From: an uncultured bacterium
Lineage (GTDB): Bacteria > Bacteroidota > Bacteroidia > CAILMK01
NCBI GenBank assembly: GCA_903829945.1
Contig: CAIKRV010000059.1
Coordinates: forward strand, 5,897-69,896
Length of the DNA stretch: 64,000 bases
Direction of reading: 5' to 3'
Part shown: in pieces, positions 50,438-59,917 of the stretch
Layout: each line of letters opens with the position of its first letter
How positions within the stretch are numbered: position 1 is the first letter of the stretch
Notes under the pieces: model-generated
The model's database searches: none
Seen by the model: the letters and a program-made list of their open reading frames with translations, nothing else
Told to the model about the DNA's origin: nothing
Translations under genes and position numbers: made by a program

Positions 50438-51745
50438 ATGGGAATGTTAAAAAACAAGTTTCTCCAAATTGCCTTGCTGGCAGGCATGATCTTCAGCTTT
50501 AGTTATTGTACAAAACACAATCAAGTATTAGATCTACAATCAACAGCCACCACTCCAAATGGAACATTATTAACCTCAATTTCCGGTAGCCCTAAAGTTT
50601 TAGGTTTAGGTGAAGGTACCTGGGATGGAACCATAGAATCCGTTTGGGCAAACGCTCCTAAGCTAACAGTTACGGCAACCGTACCTGACTTAGGGAATAA
50701 CACTTTTCCCGGTTTTGTAGGAAATTCAACCAATGTAACATTACGTTCATGCTATGATGCGCAAAACATCTACTTCTTAGTAGAATGGGATTGCGATAAA
50801 AACATGAATAGTGCTTGGTGGTATTTTGATCCTGCAACATCATTATGGAAACAAGAAACAGCAGCTCCTACTTTCGATGCAAACGGTATTATTACTCGGA
50901 ATGGATTTGTTCAAGATCAATTTGCATTTATTTGGAATATTAATAATTCCTGTGCGGATTTTGCATCTCAATCATGTTATGCCACTTGTCATGCTAATAC
51001 ACCTTCCATGACAGTTGATCCAAAAACAGGAAACATAATTACAACTCCTGTATATAGTGGAAGTATGCGTACCAGCGCACCGAATGAAAAATTAGATGTA
51101 TGGCGTTGTAGAATGATTACTGCTACCAATTACAATCAAATTAATGATTACTATATGGACTGGAATAATGGTACCGCCAATTCTAATGGATTCCATAAAG
51201 ATGATCAAGGAAGTCCACTGGCCAATCAATTTGGTGGTGGTACCAGTAACAAACAATCTTTAAAAATGAATAATGCTGCCAAAACTAAAGTTTCAGTACC
51301 TATTTGGTTTATTCCGGGCAAATCTTATTACAATGCTATTTTAGCCAGTGATACTACCGGTAATGCTAAATTTATTATCGCAGTAGATTCCAATGGAGTA
51401 TTACATTATGCCAATACCCGCGGTGGTGCAGAAGCAGGAACAATAGATCCAAATTCCGGAACTGATTATCAAAGAAACGGTGCCGGTGATGGACAATTCT
51501 GTATTCCTGGTTCAGTATTCGGACCATTTGTTGGTGGTATGGCTGATATCAGCGCTAATGCATATTATACAGGCAAAGGATGGAGATTACTTATTAAACG
51601 CACTCTTAAAACAAGCGATGTACTAGAACAAGATGTTGATTTTTCCAGCTTAAAAGATCAAGACTTTGGTATCGGATCATTCTTCAATACAGCAGATAAT
51701 CAACATGCCATTACTGCATATTTGAAATTGACGTTTAAAAAATAA
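50438..51745 (+). CDS. Lipoprotein with ethylbenzene-dehydrogenase-gamma-like (EB_dh/DOMON) domain and CX3CH motif
   Basis: Lipobox SFSYC; WANAPKLTV, YDAQNIYFLVEW, DQFAFIW, SCYATCH, EKLDVW, WRLLIKRTL. Confidence 0.72.
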   Translation: MGMLKNKFLQIALLAGMIFSFSYCTKHNQVLDLQSTATTPNGTLLTSISGSPKVLGLGEGTWDGTIESVWANAPKLTVTATVPDLGNNTFPGFVGNSTNVTLRSCYDAQNIYFLVEWDCDKNMNSAWWYFDPATSLWKQETAAPTFDANGIITRNGFVQDQFAFIWNINNSCADFASQSCYATCHANTPSMTVDPKTGNIITTPVYSGSMRTSAPNEKLDVWRCRMITATNYNQINDYYMDWNNGTANSNGFHKDDQGSPLANQFGGGTSNKQSLKMNNAAKTKVSVPIWFIPGKSYYNAILASDTTGNAKFIIAVDSNGVLHYANTRGGAEAGTIDPNSGTDYQRNGAGDGQFCIPGSVFGPFVGGMADISANAYYTGKGWRLLIKRTLKTSDVLEQDVDFSSLKDQDFGIGSFFNTADNQHAITAYLKLTFKK

Positions 51746-51813
51746 CAGACATAACTTTATTGAAAAGTATAGCATAAGTAATGCTACACATCAACAAATT
51801 AAAAATTAAGATT

Positions 51814-52215
51814 ATGTCAAGAAATAAATTTAAACTAATATTTGCCTTTATTGCCGCAAGTTTACTGATCATCACCGCATGTGTGAAAGATGTAACAGTA
51901 ACACTTACGGATAATAAAGAGGTAACCAAGAAGGTAAGTTTTTCAAAAGATTTGGTACCCTTATTTGTAGCCAATTGCGCGATCAGCGGATGCCATGTTG
52001 CGGAAAAACAAGTACCTGACTTGGAAAAAGATGTAGCGTACAAGTCGCTCATGAATTTAAACCTAATCGATGTAGGTACTCCTGAGAATAGCACATTGTA
52101 CAAAAGATTGACTGGTAAAATTACTCCTGCAATGCCAGCCGGTAAACCCACCAATCCATCCAATATCAATAATCTGGTGCTTGCATGGATTAAGCAAGGA
52201 GCAAATAACAATTAA
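51814..52215 (+). CDS. Small lipoprotein cytochrome c-like protein with CX4CH motif
   Basis: Lipobox ITAC; VSFSKDLVPLF..NCAISGCH; MP (possible axial Met); WIKQGA, resembling planctomycete-type cytochrome domains. ATG 51814 preferred. Confidence 0.72.
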   Translation: MSRNKFKLIFAFIAASLLIITACVKDVTVTLTDNKEVTKKVSFSKDLVPLFVANCAISGCHVAEKQVPDLEKDVAYKSLMNLNLIDVGTPENSTLYKRLTGKITPAMPAGKPTNPSNINNLVLAWIKQGANNN

Positions 52216-52226
52216 AAACAACAGTA

Positions 52227-53129
52227 ATGGAAAAACAGAAATATAATTTCAAAAAAATTGTCAAGGTATTAGCCCTGCTAATTATTGTCTTGAATGTAAA
52301 TTACGGATTTGCTCAAGATAGTTCCGCAGCAAAAAGTGCTAAACCAAAACCGGTTAAAGGAACCTTTGCCAGCTCCTTGCTTATCGACAATGAAACCGTA
52401 TATGTACCTAACCAAGGTTCAATGATTATGACCATCCAACATAGATTTGGAGATGCAAATCTTTACCAAGATATGTATGGATTATTCGCAATGTCCAGTA
52501 TGAGAATAGGTGTAGCTTATGTACCTATTAATAACCTTCAATTAGGTTTTGGACTGACCAGCTATAATAATACTTGGGATATAAATCTTAAATACGCCCT
52601 CATGCGCCAATCCGAAGAAGGTGGTTGGCCAATCAGTATTACTTATTATGGAAATTGGGCCATCGATACCAGAGATAAATCCAATTTCGTTTCCAACTAT
52701 GACAGGTTTACTTATTTTCATGAAATCATGTTTGCAAGAAAAGTAAACGATAATTTCTCTATACAAGTAGCTCCAACCTTAACTTATTTTAATAATGTAG
52801 TTGGATACATCAACTCTCAAGGAGATATTTTACCTACCATGAACAACCAACATTTTGCCTGTTCATTTATTGGCAGGTATAAATTGACTGACAAATTCGG
52901 TATTATAGCAGATTATGATCAACCGTTAACACAACATACTACCAATAATCCGCATCCAAACGTTGCAGGTGGTGTAGAATTTGAAACCTCCGGACACTCC
53001 TTCCAATTATTTTTCTCCAATTTTGGATTTTGTTTGCCTCAGTTAAACAATTTTCTAAATCAAAATGATTATACTAAGAAAGGAAATTATTTGTTCGGCT
53101 TTAACATAACCAGGAAGTTTAACTTATAA
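52227..53129 (+). CDS. DUF5777-like outer-membrane beta-barrel protein
   Basis: Signal peptide (..GFAQ), F.SS.LID.ETV, IQHRFG, EFETSGHSFQL.FSN, terminal FGFNITRKF. Confidence 0.8.
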   Translation: MEKQKYNFKKIVKVLALLIIVLNVNYGFAQDSSAAKSAKPKPVKGTFASSLLIDNETVYVPNQGSMIMTIQHRFGDANLYQDMYGLFAMSSMRIGVAYVPINNLQLGFGLTSYNNTWDINLKYALMRQSEEGGWPISITYYGNWAIDTRDKSNFVSNYDRFTYFHEIMFARKVNDNFSIQVAPTLTYFNNVVGYINSQGDILPTMNNQHFACSFIGRYKLTDKFGIIADYDQPLTQHTTNNPHPNVAGGVEFETSGHSFQLFFSNFGFCLPQLNNFLNQNDYTKKGNYLFGFNITRKFNL

Positions 53130-53142
53130 TTTATTTATTAAT

Positions 53143-53547
53143 ATGAAAATCAAATCAGCAACAATTTTCACAATAGCATGTACCTTAATCTTTGGTGTAA
53201 CGCTATTATTTGCACAAGGAAAACCATGGCAAGTACCTGATAAAAATGCCAAAGCGGTTAATCCTGTAAAAGCAGACGCAAAATCATTAGCCAACGGCAA
53301 AAAACTATATGTTCAATATTGTCAAGATTGCCACGGCAAAAAAGGTAAGGGTGATGGATCCAAGGCACCGGATGTAAAAACTACGGTTGCTGATCTAACA
53401 GTTGCTTCAGTGAAAGCAGAATCCGACGGTTCTTTATTTTATAAGATTTCTGAAGGCCGTAATGATATGCCACGTGCAAAAAAGGATCTTCCTGATCCAA
53501 GCGATATCTGGAGTATCGTAAATTATGTAAGATCACTTCAGAAATAA
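53143..53547 (+). CDS. Monoheme class I cytochrome c
   Basis: Signal peptide, NPV..DAKSLANGKKLY, CQDCH, GKGDG, NDMP (axial Met), WSIVNYVRSL. Confidence 0.9.
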   Translation: MKIKSATIFTIACTLIFGVTLLFAQGKPWQVPDKNAKAVNPVKADAKSLANGKKLYVQYCQDCHGKKGKGDGSKAPDVKTTVADLTVASVKAESDGSLFYKISEGRNDMPRAKKDLPDPSDIWSIVNYVRSLQK

Positions 53548-53576
53548 AAATCAAAATCTTAAAACCAATAACCATG

Positions 53577-53611
53577 AGTAGGCCTTTAGAAATAAAGGCC
53601 TACTTTTTTTT
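53577..53611 (+). terminator. Terminator closing the redox operon
   Basis: AGTAGGCCTTT-AGAAAT-AAAGGCCTACT followed by T run. Confidence 0.85.
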
Positions 53612-53653
53612 ATAGTCTAATGTTAACTATTAGTTTTATTGGGAAACCAATTT

Positions 53654-53689
53654 AAAAAGAAAGCCTATCTTTCGATAGGCTTTCTTTTT
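53654..53689 (-). terminator. Terminator closing the czc-like operon
   Basis: AAAAAGAAAGCCTATC-TTTC-GATAGGCTTTCTTTTT. Confidence 0.85.
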
Positions 53690-53697
53690 ATCAAGAA

Positions 53698-56600
53698 CTA
53701 AAATTCTTTTTTGAGTCTCTTATCTGTTTTTCGATATGCCCATGCAAATATTAATGGGAATACCCATAAGGAAAATAACATAGCACATAAAATACCTCCT
53801 ATAACTACCCTAGCAAGCGGTCTGGAGCTTTCTGAGCCAATACCGTGGGACATGGCTGCTGGCAACAAACCAACTGCTGCCATTAAGGCTGTCATTAATA
53901 CGGGACGTATTCTTTCATTTACACCTAATTTCAAGGCCATATAAAGTGAATCTTGTTGACCTTTAATTTTATTGAGGTTTTCCTTAAAAATAGTAATGAG
54001 GATAATCCCATCTTGAATACATATACCAAATAAGCATATAAATCCGATACCCGCAGAAATACTAAAATTAGTACCGGTAATATGTAAGGCTAAAATACCA
54101 CCCACTATGGCAAAAGGAACATTTAAAAAGACCAATCCGGCATCTTTAAAATTCCCAAACATACTTAAGAGTAATATAAATATAAGCAATAAACTAATCG
54201 GTACCACTTGGGCCAATCTTCCTTGAGCTCTTTGTTGATTTTCAAAATCCCCCTGCCAAGCCATGTTATAACCTCTTTTTAAGGTTACTTTATCGCCCAC
54301 CTTCTTTTGGGCTTCTGCAATAGTACTGCCCATATCCCTTCCTCTGACAGAGAATTTCAGCGCAGAGTATCTGGAATTATCATCTCTAAAAATTAAACAA
54401 GGACCGGTTTTCTTAGATATTTCAGCAATAGACTTAATCGGAACTTTTGAACCATTTTGAGTAGGCACCAACAAATTTCCGATATCATTAGGATTGCTTC
54501 TGAATTCCTCCGGCAACCTTACACGAATATCAAATGTTTTTATGCCTTCATATAAGGTTGAGGCTGCTTGTCCGCCAATAGCCATGCCTAATACTGAATT
54601 AGCATCAGCTGTGGCAACGCCGTACAATGCCATTTTTTGTTGATCGAGATTAACATCAATTTCCGGCTGCCCTATATTATGAATAACGCCTAAATCTTCT
54701 ATCCCTTTTACATCTTTTAAAATATTATAAACATCTTTAATCTTGCTCTCCATATAGTTTAAAGAATCCCCATAAACTTTTACGCATATAGAACCCTTAA
54801 CACCGGATACGGCCTCTTCTACATTATCCATTATCGGCTGAGAAAAGTTAAGATTAACGCCGGGAATCGTTTCCAACTTGGCATTCATTTTTTCAATAAG
54901 CTCATCCTTGGTCAGCTTGGATTTCCATTCTTCCGAAGGATACAATAATACATCAAACTCATTATTATAAAAGCCTGCTACATCAGTACCATCATCCGGT
55001 CTGCCAGTTTGCGAAACGACTTTTTTAACTTCAGGGAAAGTCATTACTATTTTCCGTACTTGCCGTGCTACCTCTACCCCTTTAGAAAGTGATGCACTAT
55101 AAGGCAATTGCACACGAAGCCATATGGCACCTTCATTTAATTCAGGCAAGAATTCCGAACCCAAAAATCTAAAGGAGTATAATCCAACCACCATAATAAC
55201 TAAAGCAATACTAATGACTAATTTTTTACGCTTAAAGGAAGCAATAAAACCGCCGAGCATTATTTTATTTAAAAAATGGACAAACGGATTGTGTCTTTCT
55301 CTTACATTCTTATTTAATAAAAGCGATATGAGTACAGGAACTATGGTCAGCGTAGCAATTAAGGAACCTAATAAAGCAAATCCAAGCGTAAATGCCAATG
55401 GAGAGAACATTTTTCCTTCCACTTTCTGAAAAGAGAAAATAGGAATAAGCGCAATAATGATAATTACCTTAGTAAAGAAAATTGCCTTACCGCGTTGTGC
55501 ACCAATTTTTCTTATCCAACCACCTTTAGCTCGCCTGTTAAATACCTCCTTGCCCATCGTTTCCGACTGGTGCGCCAGAAAGGCGAAGGCACCCTCCACC
55601 ATTACGACGGCTCCATCAATGATAATACCAAAATCTACTGCCCCCAGGGAAAGTAAGTTGGCAGACATCCCCATTAAATTTAAACATATAAAGGAAAACA
55701 GCAAGGCTATGGGGATAATAAGGGCTACGATAAGGGTGGTACGCCAATCAAATAAAAATATTGATATAAGTACAATAACCAATAAAATTCCTTCAACCAA
55801 ATTATGCATAATCGTATGCGTGGCGTATGAAATCAAATCAGCACGATCGTAAAATGGAATTATTTTGGTGTCTGCAGGTAGTACATCGCGATTAAGTTTC
55901 GCAATTTCTTTTTTAACCCCGTCCACTACCTCTGAAGGATTTTCACCTTTACGCATCACCACAATACATTCTACTACATCATCCTCATCAGTCACTTCTC
56001 TATTGCCTTTAGCATTAATTAAGGCATCACCTCTTCCAATCCAACCCAAACGAGGAATATTGGATATTTCAACCGTGGCTACATCCCTGACTAATAATGG
56101 CACCCCATTATTATTTTGGATAATAACATTTTTGATTTCATTGATGTCATTAAGCAGCCCAATACCTCGAACCACAAATGCCTCATCATTTTCAACAATC
56201 ATATCACCACCAATATTAATATTGGTTTTTTGAACCGCGGTAAATACATCTAAAGGAGTAATCCCTAATGAGGTTAGTTTTTCAGGATTAACTTTTATTT
56301 CATACGCCTTTGATTTTCCTCCAAAACTGGTGACATCAGCAATACCGGGTACTGCTTTCAATCGTCTTTCAATCACCCAATCTTGCATGGTTTTAAGCTC
56401 CCTGGCATCACGGAAGGAACTTCTTAAAGTATAACGGAAAATTTCACCGGTGGGCCCAATGGGCGGTTGAACGGAAGGATTTACATTCGGAGGCAAGTTG
56501 GCATTGGAAAGTAAATTCATTACTTGTTGCCTCGCCTGCGGATCCTTTACATTATCTTCAAATAATATTTTAATAAAAGATAAACCAAATATACTGGTGG

Positions 56601-56859
56601 AACGTAAACTGGTTTTGTGCTGCACCGGATTCATTGCTATTTCAATAGGAATAGTAACGAACTTTTCTACTTCTTCAGCACTTCTGCCAGGCCATTGTGT
56701 AATTACATCTATTTCTGTATTGGTAACATCGGGAAATGCTTCGATAGACATTCCTCTAAAAATAATGACGCCGGATACGATAAGTAATGCGGCAGCAAAA
56801 ATTATAAAGTACTTATTCTTTATCGAGAAACCGACTACCTTTTTTAAGAATTTATTCAT
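53698..56859 (-). CDS. CusA/CzcA-family heavy-metal efflux RND permease
   Basis: EAFPDVT, GRSAEEVE, SLGAVDFGIIIDGAVVMVE, FLPELNEG, RIRPVLMTA, PLARVVIGG. Confidence 0.94.
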   Translation of the reverse strand: MNKFLKKVVGFSIKNKYFIIFAAALLIVSGVIIFRGMSIEAFPDVTNTEIDVITQWPGRSAEEVEKFVTIPIEIAMNPVQHKTSLRSTSIFGLSFIKILFEDNVKDPQARQQVMNLLSNANLPPNVNPSVQPPIGPTGEIFRYTLRSSFRDARELKTMQDWVIERRLKAVPGIADVTSFGGKSKAYEIKVNPEKLTSLGITPLDVFTAVQKTNINIGGDMIVENDEAFVVRGIGLLNDINEIKNVIIQNNNGVPLLVRDVATVEISNIPRLGWIGRGDALINAKGNREVTDEDDVVECIVVMRKGENPSEVVDGVKKEIAKLNRDVLPADTKIIPFYDRADLISYATHTIMHNLVEGILLVIVLISIFLFDWRTTLIVALIIPIALLFSFICLNLMGMSANLLSLGAVDFGIIIDGAVVMVEGAFAFLAHQSETMGKEVFNRRAKGGWIRKIGAQRGKAIFFTKVIIIIALIPIFSFQKVEGKMFSPLAFTLGFALLGSLIATLTIVPVLISLLLNKNVRERHNPFVHFLNKIMLGGFIASFKRKKLVISIALVIMVVGLYSFRFLGSEFLPELNEGAIWLRVQLPYSASLSKGVEVARQVRKIVMTFPEVKKVVSQTGRPDDGTDVAGFYNNEFDVLLYPSEEWKSKLTKDELIEKMNAKLETIPGVNLNFSQPIMDNVEEAVSGVKGSICVKVYGDSLNYMESKIKDVYNILKDVKGIEDLGVIHNIGQPEIDVNLDQQKMALYGVATADANSVLGMAIGGQAASTLYEGIKTFDIRVRLPEEFRSNPNDIGNLLVPTQNGSKVPIKSIAEISKKTGPCLIFRDDNSRYSALKFSVRGRDMGSTIAEAQKKVGDKVTLKRGYNMAWQGDFENQQRAQGRLAQVVPISLLLIFILLLSMFGNFKDAGLVFLNVPFAIVGGILALHITGTNFSISAGIGFICLFGICIQDGIILITIFKENLNKIKGQQDSLYMALKLGVNERIRPVLMTALMAAVGLLPAAMSHGIGSESSRPLARVVIGGILCAMLFSLWVFPLIFAWAYRKTDKRLKKEF

Positions 56860-56878
56860 TTCTGATTACTTTAAAAAA

Positions 56879-58003
56879 TTAATTATTCAGTTCTCCATAA
56901 ATCTGCAAAGCTTGTGAGGCAATAATTCTATCTCCAATCTTCAAACCTGATTTTAAATATACTTTATTTCCAAATGTATTCAGTACTTCTACAGGTGAAA
57001 TGGATGCATTTCCTTTGCCTTCGTATTTTACCACATAATATTGGCTATGGTCATACACCAAGGCTTTATCAGGAACACACAAAGTTTGTTTATGTTCCGG
57101 ATCGGAAACCGTTACCCTGGCAAACATCTCAGGTTTTAAAATATAATCAGGATTTGGCAATACGATTCTTACCTTAATAACCTTACTGGTTGGATCAAGT
57201 ACGTTAAGTATTTTGTCTATTTTTCCGGTAAACACTCTATCAGGAGCCGATAATGTTCTTACTTCTACATTATCCCCAACATGTACTTGATCTATATTCG
57301 CTTCATATACATTCGCCTGTACCCAAACGTCTTTTAAATCAGAGATAGTAAATAAATTGGTAGTATTATCAGCTCTGATAAATGAATTATTGGTAATATT
57401 TTTTTGAACGATAAATCCGCTAATTGGCGATTTTATAATAAAATCTCCCTGAACATTATTACCATTAATTTTTAAAATCTTTTTTACCATTTCTAATTGT
57501 GCTACTGCTTGGTCGTAATTGGTTTGCGCAGTATTCACATCCAATATGGAAGCTAATCCACTTTTGTACAAATCCTGCATGGCCTCCAATTGTTTTTTAG
57601 TAGTTTTAACATTAGTTTCTGCTACTACTAAATTATTGGCATAACCAGCCATTTCACTACTTTTTACTACTGCCAAAGTTTGTCCCGCAGATACGTAATC
57701 GCCCAATTGCACTTTTATATCTTGGATATTACCACTCACCAGTGAATAAATATTCACTTGCTTATCTTGGTTAAAATCAACAATAGCAGTGAGGGTGATG
57801 GCATTCAATAAAGGACAAGTATTGACGGTATCAATTTTCAAGGTTTTAAGTAATGAATCAGGTATGGTGTACTTTACTTTTTCCTCTTGTTTTTTTTCAG
57901 TTTCACTGCAACCTTGTGCAAGGAAGGCAAGGATACTTAATAAAACAATTACGCTAAATCTGTTTGTCCTTTTCACTTTATATGTATTTATTTTTAAATT
58001 CAT
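56879..58003 (-). CDS. RND efflux periplasmic adaptor (CzcB-like lipoprotein)
   Basis: Lipobox AQGC; V.LGD.V..GQ.LA, IKSPISG, ISDLKDVWV.ANVYE, LKPEMFA. Confidence 0.92.
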   Translation of the reverse strand: MNLKINTYKVKRTNRFSVIVLLSILAFLAQGCSETEKKQEEKVKYTIPDSLLKTLKIDTVNTCPLLNAITLTAIVDFNQDKQVNIYSLVSGNIQDIKVQLGDYVSAGQTLAVVKSSEMAGYANNLVVAETNVKTTKKQLEAMQDLYKSGLASILDVNTAQTNYDQAVAQLEMVKKILKINGNNVQGDFIIKSPISGFIVQKNITNNSFIRADNTTNLFTISDLKDVWVQANVYEANIDQVHVGDNVEVRTLSAPDRVFTGKIDKILNVLDPTSKVIKVRIVLPNPDYILKPEMFARVTVSDPEHKQTLCVPDKALVYDHSQYYVVKYEGKGNASISPVEVLNTFGNKVYLKSGLKIGDRIIASQALQIYGELNN

Positions 58004-58015
58004 GATTAGATGAGA

Positions 58016-59323
58016 TTAGTTGTTAAAAAAACTTGTCCCTGTTAAATAATTTAGATTTTCAAGTGCATTTACGCGATTAAATAAAATCGTATTGAGTTGC
58101 ACAATATTTTGCTTATAAGAATCATAGAAGTTCAAGAAATTAAGTAAATTCACATTTCTCTTCATATAATTCTCTGCCATGGATTTTGCCAAATCATTAA
58201 ATCGACCGGCAAAACTTGGATCAATTTCTTTATACAATTTATCCGCATCAATTGCTTTTTGAAAACCTCTGGTAACTTGCTCCTCCAAAGTTTTATGCGT
58301 TAAATCTAATTGCGTTTTATTATAATCAACCATAATACGAGAATAACGTATATTGCCCTGGTTACGATTGAAAATCGGAATATCAATAGCAATGCCGATG
58401 GAATTAAAGTTTGGAATATAACTTCCTTGCCTATCGTATCCTAAGGCAGCATTAATATCGGGCACCGCTATCGCCTTTTGCAAAGAATAATTAGCCTGAC
58501 TTAATTCGAGGTTATCTTTTGCAATTCGCATATCCCCTCTATTAATATTTGCTGAATCAATAAGCAATTGTAAAGAAACCGATAATGGATTAATGGCTTG
58601 TACCTTTTGGGTATCCACTACAGGTTTAATATAGGTAGTTGGCTGTAATTGCAATAATAATCTTAATTGGCTTTCCTGATCATTCAAGCTATCAATCAAG
58701 GTTTGGTATTCATTCATTAAGGAATATAGTTGTGCTTGTACACGAACTACATCCGCCTCAGCAACGTAACCTTTACCTTCTTGCTGTTTGTAAGCGGCTA
58801 CTATGGTTTTAAGACTACCAATTTCCTGATTATAGACCTTCTCGGTTTCACGCAAGTAATAAATATTAAAAAATGAAGTGCGTAAAGCTAATTTTAAGGA
58901 AAGTAAAGTTGCATATAAGTTATCCTCAGATAATTTATAATTCACCTTAGCAATATGAACCTGCTTACTGATTTTACCTGCCAATTGAATTAATTGGGAA
59001 ATTTGCCCGGCCTCTTCACCATTCACGGCATCCGTTTGTAACCATTTCTTCGTTTGAGAATTGTATAAACCCTGAGCAATATTTAAATTCGGATTCGGCC
59101 AAAGTTTGGCCTGAAGAATTAATGCTTCAGTTGCACTTACATTGTATTTTAAAGAAAGCAATTGTAAATTCTTCTTTAGAAAAATATCTTCAGCCTCCTT
59201 CAAACTAATGCTTGTACTATCCTTGATGAGCGCATCATTAAGCTTTACTTGCCCAAATAATTGGGGCCCGAGTAACAAGGCAAGTATAATTGGAATAACG
59301 CTTTTTATATTTCTAATTTTCAT
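58016..59323 (-). CDS. TolC-family outer-membrane channel (CzcC-like)
   Basis: ISLKEAE, QAKLWPNP, AVPDI, IDIPIFNRNQGNI; first gene of the CBA operon. ATG 59323 preferred. Confidence 0.9.
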   Translation of the reverse strand: MKIRNIKSVIPIILALLLGPQLFGQVKLNDALIKDSTSISLKEAEDIFLKKNLQLLSLKYNVSATEALILQAKLWPNPNLNIAQGLYNSQTKKWLQTDAVNGEEAGQISQLIQLAGKISKQVHIAKVNYKLSEDNLYATLLSLKLALRTSFFNIYYLRETEKVYNQEIGSLKTIVAAYKQQEGKGYVAEADVVRVQAQLYSLMNEYQTLIDSLNDQESQLRLLLQLQPTTYIKPVVDTQKVQAINPLSVSLQLLIDSANINRGDMRIAKDNLELSQANYSLQKAIAVPDINAALGYDRQGSYIPNFNSIGIAIDIPIFNRNQGNIRYSRIMVDYNKTQLDLTHKTLEEQVTRGFQKAIDADKLYKEIDPSFAGRFNDLAKSMAENYMKRNVNLLNFLNFYDSYKQNIVQLNTILFNRVNALENLNYLTGTSFFNN

Positions 59324-59511
59324 TCTTGGGATTATAATTTTATAGATTTCAAGTTTGAGCAAACCTTTTCAACTTTTAGCCGGCACATTTGATTATTGCA
59401 TTTAATTGGAAACCAATTCAAACAATAAATTATACCGCCACTACAGTGTAAAAAGTAGCATTCTATCAAATATCGTGCAAAAGAATCTTTGCATAATATC
59501 TTAATACTACC

Positions 59512-59901
59512 TTAACAAGAAACTTGGGGTGGAGGACTCAGCGTTTTCAAAATAATAGATTCGGGAAAAATTGGCCTAATTTCTGAAAATTGTTCCTTCA
59601 CCACACGAAAAGAGATACTTGGAAGGAGCTTAAAAAAAGAAAAGAGGTTAAATCCTTTGGTAATTTTTACAACTATACCACCATCATAATTGTCTCTTTC
59701 CTCGTGTTCAGGAAATGCATTCGTATATCCTAAAATATTTTCGGCCACTAATTCAGTAATACTTTCAACATCATTAATCGCTAAATTTTCCGGCACATCA
59801 TCAGAATAAGTATCCGGGGCATCAATACTCAAATTGAGTATATGCAGCGCCATACACAGACAAAGAACACGATGTAAATATTTTGGCCGGAACAATTTCA
59901 T
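59512..59901 (-). CDS. Small hypothetical protein leading the czc-like operon
   Basis: 129 aa, N-terminal hydrophobic segment, NLSIDAPD, acidic ESITELVAE..EHEERD, C-terminal SPPP. Confidence 0.7.
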   Translation of the reverse strand: MKLFRPKYLHRVLCLCMALHILNLSIDAPDTYSDDVPENLAINDVESITELVAENILGYTNAFPEHEERDNYDGGIVVKITKGFNLFSFFKLLPSISFRVVKEQFSEIRPIFPESIILKTLSPPPQVSC

Positions 59902-59909
59902 TGAAAGTG

Positions 59910-59917
59910 CAAAATTA
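59910..59917 (-). promoter_or_regulatory. -7 element (TAATTTTG) for the czc leader ORF
   Basis: Exact match 8 nt upstream of ATG 59901. Confidence 0.65.

Noticed and set aside
47000-53547. Calling the redox operon a complete ACIII, DsrMKJOP, Nrf nitrite reductase or polysulfide reductase
   Set aside because: No multiheme ActA/NrfA/DsrJ, no ActD/F, no DsrK/M and no molybdopterin subunit are present.
55124-57177. Several plus-strand ORFs of 67-139 aa inside czcA/czcB, and similar antisense ORFs over ftsH, icd, pnt, prfA and hbd
   Set aside because: They lie fully antisense to well-supported genes and have shadow-frame composition.
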